Origin: an uncultured Rhodospirillaceae bacterium | GTDB lineage: Bacteria > Pseudomonadota > Alphaproteobacteria > Micavibrionales > UBA2020 | Assembly (NCBI GenBank): GCA_964349475.1 | Contig: CAYGGT010000006.1 | Span: 1 to 42,113 of the forward strand | Length of the DNA stretch: 42,113 bases | Direction: 5' to 3' | In this document: piece after piece, positions 26,048-33,831 of the stretch | Position numbering within the stretch: position 1 is the first letter of the stretch | How the letters are laid out: each line of letters starts with the position of its first letter | Notes under the pieces: generated by a model | Database searches by the model: none | The model's input: only the letters and a program-made list of their open reading frames with translations | Told to the model about the DNA's origin: nothing | Position numbers and translations under genes: made by a program

Positions 26048-27742
26048 TTAACTCTCCTGTGACATCCATGAACGAATGACCGCCACCGTTTCTCCCGGAT
26101 GGTTCGTCACCAGCTCGCTGATTTTCTGAACGGAGGATGCCTTCACCTTGCCCTCCACCTGAGACATATCAATCATGCTGTCGAGTTCGCCGCCGTCAGC
26201 CGGGCCCGACAATTGCGCCTGAGCGCCGCCGGATGTCAGCAGCGTTTTTTCTTCCGCCAGCGTGCTCCCCGCCTGATGCGCAATTCTGGCGGATGACTGC
26301 ACGATATGGGTGGCCAGCGGCCTTAAGACCAGCAGCACGACAAGGATGGCGACGATGCTGAGCGTGACTGTTTCGGCAATGCCCAGCAGGTCGGTCTTTT
26401 GAAAGCCCATCAGCATGCCATCGTCTTTCAGGACGCTTTCCGGCACGATTTCTTCCAGGAACTGCATGTTCACGACCTGAAGCGCGTCGCCCCGGCCTTC
26501 ATCAAAGCCGACGGCGGATTTAACAAGGGCGGTGATTTTATCCAGCTCAGCCTGCTCGCGCGGCACATATTGCTTGGGTGCCTGCCAGTCTGCGGGGGCT
26601 TCCGGCGGCGCCACGGCCTTGGCATCGGTTTCATAACGGCCGTCGATCAGCACGGCAACAGAAATTTTCTGCACCTGCCCGCTGGCGCGCACCATGTTCT
26701 CGATGGTTTTGCTGATTTCATAGGTGGTGACTTCTTCCGTGCGGTTGTTTTTGCTGCCCGGCAGATCGGACGCCCCCGCCGCGGCAGCGGGATCGGCGGG
26801 CAGTCCCGGCAGATTGTTTTCAACCGATACCGACCCGTCGTTGCTGGCACCCGACGTATCCGCGCTTTCCTCGTTGGTCGTTTGGGTGGATCTCACAACC
26901 TGCCCTTCGGGATTGTAAGATTCGGAGTTGCGGTTGACGACATCAAAATTCATCTCCGCCGCGACCGTCGCGCGTACCTTGCCGTAGCCGACAATCCGCC
27001 CCACCATATCTTCGATTGAGCGGGCGACGCGCCTTTCGTATTTTTGCCGCATGTCCTCGCCGCTGCGGGCGGCGGCGCCGTCGGCGGCCTCTTCCTCGCC
27101 CCGCGCAAGCAAGGCGCCGCTCTGATCGATGATGGCGACGTTGGCCGCTTTCAACTTTGGCACGGAAGCGGCGACGAGATGCTGAATCGCCTGGATCTGC
27201 TCCTGTCCGATGCCGGCGCTGTTACGCAGGTTTAAAAAAACGCTGGCGCTGGCAGGGCTGTTTTCTTTGCTAAACAGTTCGCGCTGCGGCAAGACCAGAT
27301 GCACGCGGGCGCTGCGAATCGAGTCTATCGTTCCGATCGTGCGCGACAGTTCTCCCTCGATGGCGCGGATCTGATTGATGTTCTGGACAAAACTTGTCGT
27401 GCCGAACGTTTGTTTCTGATCGAATATTTCGTAGCCGACGGAGCCCTGGCGCGGCAGGCCTTCCTGTGCCAGAAGAATACGCGCCCGGCCGATTTCTTTC
27501 TGGGGCGCCAATATCTGGGTGCCATCCGTGTTCAGCCTGTATGTCACTTTGGCCGCGTCGAGCTTCGCCGCAATCTCCGTCGCGTCGGCAGTGGACAAAT
27601 TGGCGTAGAGCAATGTCATGCCCGGCGCGTTGGAACGGACCGCGATAAAAATAAAAAATATCACCAGTCCGAAAAACGTCAGCAACATCACCGCGAGTCG
27701 CCCCGCGCCCAGATTTTTTAATGTTTCAAAAAGCGAATCCAC
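26048..27742 (-). CDS. fliF: Flagellar M-ring protein FliF
   Basis: This is a 564-aa YscJ/FliF family protein (N-terminal TM, LLAQEGLPR, VHLVLP, C-terminal TM). The start codon is GTG at 27742, preceded by AAGGGGA. Confidence 0.95.
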   Translation of the reverse strand: MDSLFETLKNLGAGRLAVMLLTFFGLVIFFIFIAVRSNAPGMTLLYANLSTADATEIAAKLDAAKVTYRLNTDGTQILAPQKEIGRARILLAQEGLPRQGSVGYEIFDQKQTFGTTSFVQNINQIRAIEGELSRTIGTIDSIRSARVHLVLPQRELFSKENSPASASVFLNLRNSAGIGQEQIQAIQHLVAASVPKLKAANVAIIDQSGALLARGEEEAADGAAARSGEDMRQKYERRVARSIEDMVGRIVGYGKVRATVAAEMNFDVVNRNSESYNPEGQVVRSTQTTNEESADTSGASNDGSVSVENNLPGLPADPAAAAGASDLPGSKNNRTEEVTTYEISKTIENMVRASGQVQKISVAVLIDGRYETDAKAVAPPEAPADWQAPKQYVPREQAELDKITALVKSAVGFDEGRGDALQVVNMQFLEEIVPESVLKDDGMLMGFQKTDLLGIAETVTLSIVAILVVLLVLRPLATHIVQSSARIAHQAGSTLAEEKTLLTSGGAQAQLSGPADGGELDSMIDMSQVEGKVKASSVQKISELVTNHPGETVAVIRSWMSQES

Positions 27743-27849
27743 GCAACATCCCCTTGCTTTGAATCAGTGTCAAAGAACGGAATCCGGGCACCTATAAAAA
27801 TGAAGCCCCCAACCCCACATCTTTCAGAGTAATCAATTTTTGCGAACTA

Positions 27850-27862
27850 GGCAAATTTTGCC
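27850..27862. promoter_or_regulatory. 13-bp palindrome GGCAAA-t-TTTGCC in the fliF/flaG divergent region (candidate operator or enhancer site)
   Basis: The sequence ggcaaattttgcc is a perfect 6-bp inverted repeat with a 1-nt centre. It lies about 108 nt upstream of the fliF start. Confidence 0.3.
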
Positions 27863-27990
27863 CATTTATAATTTGCTCTACACTCTCATAATAACAGACG
27901 ATATTTTACAATATGATAATAAACCGCTGTTTTTGATCGTTATTTTAGAAAAAATACGATTCCACCAAGTAACCACAAGTAAACAATAGA

Positions 27991-28016
27991 TTAACAAATA
28001 GTAAATAATGTATTAA
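27991..28016. promoter_or_regulatory. Three CtrA-like half-sites phased at 11 bp (TTAA-N7-TAAA-N7-TTAA)
   Basis: The half-sites are ttaa (27991-27994), taaa (28002-28005) and ttaa (28013-28016). They sit in an AT-rich region between fliF and the flaG-like gene. Confidence 0.3.
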
Positions 28017-28097
28017 TACTTCCATATATCATTTTTCTACTTGATTTTTCTTGTGCCGCTATGATAAGATGAAGATAAGTGGTGGGAGCCATAGAAG

Positions 28098-28508
28098 ATG
28101 GTCGATGCTGTCAACATAGTTTCTGTTCAAAACAATACTTCGAGACTGTCGTCTCAGAGGCCGTCTGTTTTTGTACCCGTCACGCTTTCCGCGCCCGTAC
28201 AGCTAGAATTCACAACCTCTCACATCCGTGTCGATAACCTGCAGAACGTGGCTATACTGGAGTACCTGTCCAGCAACGGTGAAGTTGTGCGGCAATACCC
28301 GTCGCAAGCACAGATCAGCGCCTTTAAACGCGCCGAGCAGCTTCAGACGGTGCCGCAGTCATCTCCTGACACCGATTCGGCGCCGCAGATCGCAACAGCG
28401 GAACCGCCTGCCGATGCCCCGGCACCGCCACCGGCGGCCCCTTCTGCACCTTCGCCATCCGTTTCCGGCGGGACTGCTTCACCTGCCCCCCAGTCAATCC
28501 TGGCTTAG
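28098..28508 (+). CDS. flaG: FlaG-like flagellar protein with a Pro/Ala-rich C-terminal tail
   Basis: LEFTTSHIRVDNLQNVAILEYLSSNGEVVRQYPSQAQISAF matches the FlaG family core pattern (xxF, then V/I-x-V, then GEV[IV]RQ[IY]P). It is divergent from fliF. The RBS is GGTGGGAG. Confidence 0.6.
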   Translation: MVDAVNIVSVQNNTSRLSSQRPSVFVPVTLSAPVQLEFTTSHIRVDNLQNVAILEYLSSNGEVVRQYPSQAQISAFKRAEQLQTVPQSSPDTDSAPQIATAEPPADAPAPPPAAPSAPSPSVSGGTASPAPQSILA

Positions 28509-28656
28509 TCGCCGCATTTTTGCGCCGAACCCCCATCAGAAATTAAAAAATCTCACATTCTAGTGAATTTTCATAGTTTGTTAATCGTCATGTAGGATAA
28601 TAGTAATTGTCATACAGTAAAAACATATCGACGTCGAGCCGGAGAATCGGAAGCCC

Positions 28657-29613
28657 ATGATTCAACAAAAACGCGTTCATACAGACTTCCAACCGCCGCC
28701 GGCAGCGCCCCTGCAGGACAGCTTTTTTAGGGCCGTCTCGCGGACATTCAGAAGCTATAAACTGGGCGACTTGCTGGTCGCCAGCCGGACGATCAGCAGC
28801 GACCAGCTGAACCGGGCCCTGACCGAACAGGCGGCAAGCGGCGAACAGATCGGAAAAATCCTCATCCGCCAGGGCGCGGTATCGGCGGTGCAACTGTACC
28901 GTAAGCTGGCCGAGCAATGGTGCCTCAAAGCATCCGCCGCCGGCATCACCCTGATCATGCAGGCCACCTCTCCTGCACCGGCGCAGGCTGCAGGCGCGCT
29001 CTCCACCCCCTTCACCCTCGCGGCGGCAACAATCCCGACCGCTGTCAAAGCAGTGGCTGTCCCCGAACGGTATCCTGAATTATTCGGCTCCACGGAAGTG
29101 AGGTCCGAAGATATTTCCGCTTTCAAAAAATGGACCAGCGTCATCCAGAAATTCGAAGACCAGGCACAGACAATATCCGCAAGATCTCCCCGCGTCATGG
29201 TGTGGAAAGCAGAGATCGAGAAGCTCCGCGGCAAATCTCAACAGGAACAGATCGAAGGCGTGAATAACTTTCTCAATGCCATTCCCTATATAGAAGATAT
29301 CGACAACTACGGCAAAACCGACTACTGGTCCACGCCCATCGAATTCCTGACGCGCGGCGGAGATTGCGAAGACTTTGCGATTGCAAAATACGCCTCGCTC
29401 CGCGCCCTCGGCTTCTCGGCTGACCAGCTGCGCATCGCCGTCGTGCAAGATGAAGTCAAGAATATCCCGCACGCACTCCTGATCGTCTACTCCGACGGCG
29501 GCAACTTCGTCCTCGACAATCAGAACAAAAGAACCGAAACCATCACCGCCGTCACCCGTTACAAGCCGATCTTCTCCATCAACAGCACCAGCTGGTGGCT
29601 GCACCGGGCTTAG
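28657..29613 (+). CDS. Fusion protein: MshEN/T2SSE_N-like N-terminal module plus transglutaminase-like cysteine proteinase (BTLCP/LapG family)
   Basis: The N-terminal part reads KLGDLLVASRTISSDQLNRALTEQ-AASGE-QIGKILIRQGAVSAVQLYRKLAEQ. The C-terminal part carries DYWSTPIEFLTRGGDCEDFAIAKY (Cys), IPHALLIV (His), FVLDNQ (Asp) and KPIFSINS..WWLH. Confidence 0.7.
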   Translation: MIQQKRVHTDFQPPPAAPLQDSFFRAVSRTFRSYKLGDLLVASRTISSDQLNRALTEQAASGEQIGKILIRQGAVSAVQLYRKLAEQWCLKASAAGITLIMQATSPAPAQAAGALSTPFTLAAATIPTAVKAVAVPERYPELFGSTEVRSEDISAFKKWTSVIQKFEDQAQTISARSPRVMVWKAEIEKLRGKSQQEQIEGVNNFLNAIPYIEDIDNYGKTDYWSTPIEFLTRGGDCEDFAIAKYASLRALGFSADQLRIAVVQDEVKNIPHALLIVYSDGGNFVLDNQNKRTETITAVTRYKPIFSINSTSWWLHRA

Positions 29614-29719
29614 AGGCTGAAAGGCGCTGTAATTGCTCATAAAAATCGGATTTAGTTTTTAGCTCTTGCTCTTCACATCGCAAAAGCGTTATAAATCAAG
29701 CCGTATTACTGTCACTTGT

Positions 29720-29796
29720 CGGAGCGTAGCGCAGTCCGGTAGCGCGCCTGTTTTGGGAGCAGGATGTCGCAGGTTCAAATCCTGCCGCTCCGACCA
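29720..29796 (+). tRNA. tRNA-Pro (UGG), CCA encoded
   Basis: The structure is CGGAGCG-TA-GCGC-AGTCCGGT-AGCGC, an anticodon arm CCTGT-TTTGGGA-GCAGG (UGG, G37), a T arm GCAGG-TTCAAAT-CCTGC, and an acceptor CGCTCCG-A-CCA. Confidence 0.9.
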
Positions 29797-29873
29797 CTCT
29801 TCCCAAGGACTGAGACGGTTTTTAAGAACTTGACGGCCAAACAGAAAAAGATTTATCAATCATACGAGAATGC

Positions 29874-30176
29874 ATGAAAGTCAAAATCTACAAACCCGCC
29901 AAGAATGCCATGCAATCCGGCCGCGCCAATGCGGCGGACTGGGTGCTGGAATATGAACTGGAAACGCCGCGCCGGCCCGAGCCGCTGATGGGCTGGACCG
30001 CTTCCAACGATACGCTCAACCAGGTGCGGATGCGCTTTGCCAGCAAAGACGCCGCCGTCGCCTTTGCCGAGGGCGAAGGCTGGGAGTATACGGTAAGCGA
30101 AGATCACCTGCGCAAAGTAAAGCCGCGGAATTACATCGACAATTTTAAATACCGCCCCGCAGAAGACGAAAAATAG
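29874..30176 (+). CDS. ETC complex I subunit conserved-region protein (NDUFS4-like)
   Basis: MKVKIYKPAKNAMQSGRANAADWVLEYE...PLMGWTASNDTLNQVRMRF is typical of the alphaproteobacterial NDUFS4-like family. Confidence 0.8.
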   Translation: MKVKIYKPAKNAMQSGRANAADWVLEYELETPRRPEPLMGWTASNDTLNQVRMRFASKDAAVAFAEGEGWEYTVSEDHLRKVKPRNYIDNFKYRPAEDEK

Positions 30177-30182
30177 GTCTTC

Positions 30183-30986
30183 TTACAAGCCCATCTGGGC
30201 AAAAGATTTCTCCAGATCATTTTGGCGTCGTTCCACCGTTTGTCTTGCAACACGCGCGGCAGTATCTTCAAGCGAGCCCAGATTCAAAGCCGTCTCCGCG
30301 GGATAAAGCGGCGCCGTTTCCGTCCGGTCCACCGTTGAGAAGTAATCCAAAAATTTCCAGTCGCCGCCGAAAATATTGCCGCTGACGCGCATCCAGACGT
30401 TCGGGATGCCGAAAGCGTCCGCCGTGATCAGCCCATGCAGGCTGGAGGAAATGATGAAATCGCAGCTGCGAATTTTTTTGGCAACGCCCAGAATATCCGG
30501 ATCCGCCAGATCGATGATGCACGAATGATCGGTATTTTTATGCATGTCGTGAATGATGCCCAGCTTGCGGTCAACGACATGCGGGATAATCCCCCAGCGG
30601 AATTTCTTATCCGCGGGCCCCGCCAGGCGGTCCACCAGAAGACCGGGGTCGCCCAGCGCGGCCGTGGCGTCAAGTTTCAGGGCATCCCGCGTCAGGACGC
30701 CCCTCACGGCGGCGATGGCAAGACCGCTGCGCCCCTTGAGCAAATCATCCGGCCCGAAAGCGCCCGTGCCCCAGATGCGGATTTTATCGAGCCGCAGCCG
30801 GAGCATTCTTTTCCATTGCCGGGTGACGATTTTATTGAGGATGCTGCCGATGGCCGCGACGTCACAGGCATCGATATTCGCGTAAACGACTTTTTTTCCC
30901 GACAGCTGTTCAACGATGCGCGGAGAGATGCTGTCGCCGAAATTGATATCGCTCCTGTTGCCGCCGGACCAGTATAAGCGGATCAT
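30183..30986 (-). CDS. Polysaccharide pyruvyl transferase family protein (ExoV-like)
   Basis: The motif NFGDSISPRIVEQL lies near the N-terminus and SSSLHGLITADAFGIPNVW near the C-terminus. It has a 4-nt overlap with the upstream GT25 gene. Confidence 0.7.
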   Translation of the reverse strand: MIRLYWSGGNRSDINFGDSISPRIVEQLSGKKVVYANIDACDVAAIGSILNKIVTRQWKRMLRLRLDKIRIWGTGAFGPDDLLKGRSGLAIAAVRGVLTRDALKLDATAALGDPGLLVDRLAGPADKKFRWGIIPHVVDRKLGIIHDMHKNTDHSCIIDLADPDILGVAKKIRSCDFIISSSLHGLITADAFGIPNVWMRVSGNIFGGDWKFLDYFSTVDRTETAPLYPAETALNLGSLEDTAARVARQTVERRQNDLEKSFAQMGL

Positions 30987-31792
30987 GATGACCTCTGTTT
31001 CGCCAGCATGTCGCGGGGCCAGGAAGCCCAGTAGACAAAGCGCTTGCCGACCAGCTCCGAAAACTTCAGCCAGGCGCGGGCGAAAGGATAGATGACCCTT
31101 TGCCCGCGGGAAAGCCGCACCGTCTTGTCGGAGCGCTGATCGTAGCCGATCGTCGATTCAACCACCATGTCCGCCGAAACCGGGGAAGGTTTCAGAATGA
31201 ATGTTTCAAGGCCGGTCTTCCAGACATAGCCATGCAAAATATCCACCGGCAGCGCATTTTTCTGCATGTGGCGCAAAAACCGCGCCGCCGCTTTGCGGGT
31301 CAGCATATAACCATAGGCGCCGCCCGGCGTCGTGCGGATGCGCGCCAATGCGTAAGGCTTGCAAAGCAAGGGCCAAATCATGCGGCCGGTTTTTTGCACC
31401 TTGTCCGGCGCCAGAAAACGGATGACATCCCATTTGATCGGCACGCGCAAAAGATCCCGCAGAACCTCCGGGAAACAGGGATCAAGAAAAACGTCGTCTT
31501 CAAGAATAACCGCCGCCTCTATATTGCAATCGACGATGTGTTGATAAATGGCCCTGTGCGACAATAGACAGCCAACCTCCGCCTTGGTCATGTCACGGCC
31601 GAAAAAAAGGCGCCGCCGCGTTTTTGCGTAGGCGGGCAGCGTTTCAAGATCAAGATCGCGGCCATCCACGGCATCGAAAAAACGATACGGGATATGCAAG
31701 GCGTCCAGACGTTCCGCCATGGCCTTGCGGCGGTCGGGCGACCGCTTCATGTTGATGACAAAAACGGAGGGAAACGACGCTTCGGAAATCAC
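30983..31792 (-). CDS. Glycosyltransferase family 25 (LPS/LOS biosynthesis type)
   Basis: GT25 pattern matches are VFVINMKRSPDRRKAMAERLDALHIPYRFFDAVDG, GCLLSHRAIY and AAVILEDDV. Confidence 0.75.
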   Translation of the reverse strand: MISEASFPSVFVINMKRSPDRRKAMAERLDALHIPYRFFDAVDGRDLDLETLPAYAKTRRRLFFGRDMTKAEVGCLLSHRAIYQHIVDCNIEAAVILEDDVFLDPCFPEVLRDLLRVPIKWDVIRFLAPDKVQKTGRMIWPLLCKPYALARIRTTPGGAYGYMLTRKAAARFLRHMQKNALPVDILHGYVWKTGLETFILKPSPVSADMVVESTIGYDQRSDKTVRLSRGQRVIYPFARAWLKFSELVGKRFVYWASWPRDMLAKQRSS

Positions 31793-32532
31793 GACGATAC
31801 CTTTCGCGCAAAAACTTTCAGGCCGGGCTTAAAGGCGAACTGGAATTTCTCCGCCCGCAAGCCGTGGCGGGACAGCAGCCGGATGATGCCGTCGCGGGTA
31901 AACCAGGTCAGGTGGTTCGGCGGCGTGACCATCTTCCAGCTGGAAAAATTTTTCGGCACCAAAAAATGCCCGCCGTCGGGCGCCGTCAGGTACAGGATCG
32001 CGCCGGGATTCATGACTGTCGCTACGGCGGCGATAAATTCTTCCGGCGCATTCACATGCTCGACCACTTCGGAAATATAGACCATATCAAATTTTTCGCC
32101 CCGCGCGGCAAGCGCCTGAATAGGCGCCGCTTCGAAAGCGCATGCCGCGCCAATACGCTTTTTTGCGGCATCAATCGCATCCGGGTCAAGATCAATGCCC
32201 GTGGCTGAAAGCCCCTGGCGCTGCGCCGCTTCCACCACGCAGCCGATGCTGCACCCGACATCCAGGAATTTTTTCCCCGGCGGCATGGCGCGCATCATAT
32301 GCTTCACACGGCCCAGCCCCCGGCGGATCTTGCTGTCTTTTTTACTCTCGTAATTATCGGTCATGAAATAGCTTTTGTAGAACGCCGCCAGCGCGTCGTC
32401 GTCCGGATAGCGGCCGACGACCACGGTTTTGCAATCCGTGCAGCGCAGCAAGTCAAACCCATCCTTATGACCGACGGGCAGAAGACTGCGCCCCAGACAG
32501 CCGCGGCACCAGGCAGGAGAATGATTCTTCAT
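31789..32532 (-). CDS. Class I SAM-dependent methyltransferase with an N-terminal Cys4 zinc ribbon
   Basis: The Cys4 ribbon is CRGC...CTDC. Motif I is FLDVGCSIGCVV, followed by FDMVYISEVVEHV. Confidence 0.7.
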   Translation of the reverse strand: MKNHSPAWCRGCLGRSLLPVGHKDGFDLLRCTDCKTVVVGRYPDDDALAAFYKSYFMTDNYESKKDSKIRRGLGRVKHMMRAMPPGKKFLDVGCSIGCVVEAAQRQGLSATGIDLDPDAIDAAKKRIGAACAFEAAPIQALAARGEKFDMVYISEVVEHVNAPEEFIAAVATVMNPGAILYLTAPDGGHFLVPKNFSSWKMVTPPNHLTWFTRDGIIRLLSRHGLRAEKFQFAFKPGLKVFARKVSS

Positions 32533-32574
32533 GAAGATGAGTTATATAGCAATTTGAACGAAGGTCAAAACCCA

Positions 32575-33597
32575 TTAGGGCTTTGGGGCAGCAAGACGAC
32601 GGTTGGTTTCAGCGCGCAAAGCTTCAACCGATTCGCTTATCGTCGCGTGCCCGGCGTAAGAGGCTGGCCCCTCGCCGGCGATATTGTCCAGGAAGTATTT
32701 GCGGGCGTTGTCCGTCGTGAAATCTATCGCCCCCTTGCCTTCTTTGGTCAGAAGCGCGCTCATCACCGCGTTGGCTTTCAAGCCGGCGCCGCTCGATGCA
32801 TAAAGATCGGCATCGGATACAATCGCCGCCATCTGCGTCAACCTGCTGTCCGACAAGGCAGAAAAATCGTTTTTCGGGTCAATGGCGGCAAAATCCGGCG
32901 TTGATCCGTTCCGCTGCGCCTGCGCCACCGCTTTCAGTATCGCATGCGGGCCGTTCGGGCTCGTGGTCATCAGGATGGTGTGAATCTTGTCAATATCCGG
33001 CCCGGTCAAACCCGCTTCCTGAAGCAGCGGCGCCATCAGCTCGAAAGATATTTGTTCGTTCAGCATCGGCTGGTCTTTTGGATTGCCAACGCCCTCATGG
33101 CCCAGATCATGCCCGATCGCCGCGATAAACGTCAGCGCTTGTTCCTGCTTGGTCAGCGCTATCGCGCCTGTTTTCACCTGCAGCAGATTGGCCGTCACCG
33201 CCGCAACATCAAGGTAATGAAACTGGTTGTGGTAATCCGGCGTTACGGCGGCTTTCATCTCCGCCCGCACAGCCACCAGAATCAGTGCCTTGTATTCCGG
33301 GCTTTTTTTATCAAACCCCATCTTTTGCGCGTGGTAAACAGCCAGCGCCGGCAAGCTCGGACGGCCCGTTTCCCTGTACTGGTCAATGTGTATCTGGGTA
33401 AATTTGTCAGCGGTTGCAAAAGCGTCGCTGCCGGTATGAAAAAACACGCCGCCCTTTTCTTCAAAATCCTGATCGAGCGCCTGTATCTCCCGCAACGTGT
33501 TCTGCACGGCCGGGCTGCCAAGAGCAGCAGGGTTGTCTTTCAGGACACGGTTGATTTCTCTTGCCACACGTGCAGCGGACGACAAAGGCTTTGACAT
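32575..33597 (-). CDS. HD-superfamily phosphohydrolase with a class I (eukaryote-type) cyclic-nucleotide phosphodiesterase signature
   Basis: PDYHNQFHYLDV matches YHNxxHxxDV. AAIGHDLGHEGVGN matches the class I PDE signature H-D-[LIVMFY]-x-H-x-[AG]-x2-[NQ]. VSDADLYASS matches xADLSNP. Together these supply the His, His-Asp and Asp metal ligands. Confidence 0.55.
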   Translation of the reverse strand: MSKPLSSAARVAREINRVLKDNPAALGSPAVQNTLREIQALDQDFEEKGGVFFHTGSDAFATADKFTQIHIDQYRETGRPSLPALAVYHAQKMGFDKKSPEYKALILVAVRAEMKAAVTPDYHNQFHYLDVAAVTANLLQVKTGAIALTKQEQALTFIAAIGHDLGHEGVGNPKDQPMLNEQISFELMAPLLQEAGLTGPDIDKIHTILMTTSPNGPHAILKAVAQAQRNGSTPDFAAIDPKNDFSALSDSRLTQMAAIVSDADLYASSGAGLKANAVMSALLTKEGKGAIDFTTDNARKYFLDNIAGEGPASYAGHATISESVEALRAETNRRLAAPKP

Positions 33598-33788
33598 TAA
33601 CGCCCCCCTTCCGCCCGTAATTTTACGAGAGAGAGAAAAATAGCTTCAAGTTTCAGAACCTCAGCCTGCTGCAATTCTTGCAGACTGTTCCATTGATCGC
33701 GCAGCGCTTCGATCATCCGCGCCATGCCGGCTATGTCGCCCGCGGCGATGAATGTTTGAAGCGCGGTGATGTGTTCCTGATTCGTCAT
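33597..33788 (-). CDS. Small helical hypothetical protein (63 aa), translationally coupled to the PDE-like gene
   Basis: Its stop and the downstream start overlap as TAATG. I recognise no domain. Confidence 0.45.
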   Translation of the reverse strand: MTNQEHITALQTFIAAGDIAGMARMIEALRDQWNSLQELQQAEVLKLEAIFLSLVKLRAEGGR

Positions 33789-33831
33789 ATTAAAATAATA
33801 CGGTAATAAAGTTAACTTTTAATGAAAGCTT

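Noticed and set aside
19759-26062. A series of long plus-strand ORFs (19759-20733, 20667-21764, 21855-22463, 22885-24084, 24261-25448, 25052-26062) across the flagellar block.
   Set aside because: All lie antisense to well-supported flagellar genes (flhF, flhA, flbD, fliN/fliH, fliG). Their translations are Arg/Gly/Asp-rich with no motifs.
27849-27862. A possible sigma54 promoter (GG...GC) in aGGCAAATTTTGCc upstream of the flaG-like gene.
   Set aside because: The GG and GC dinucleotides are only 10 nt apart (first G to G). The -24/-12 consensus TGGCAC-N5-TTGC requires 12. The sequence is better described as a palindrome.
28055-28062. A sigma28 (FliA)-type promoter for the flaG-like gene, based on GCCGCTAT resembling the GCCGATAA -10.
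   Set aside because: There is no TAAA-type -35 at the required spacing of about 15 nt (the sequence there is TCTA). It is kept only as a remark.
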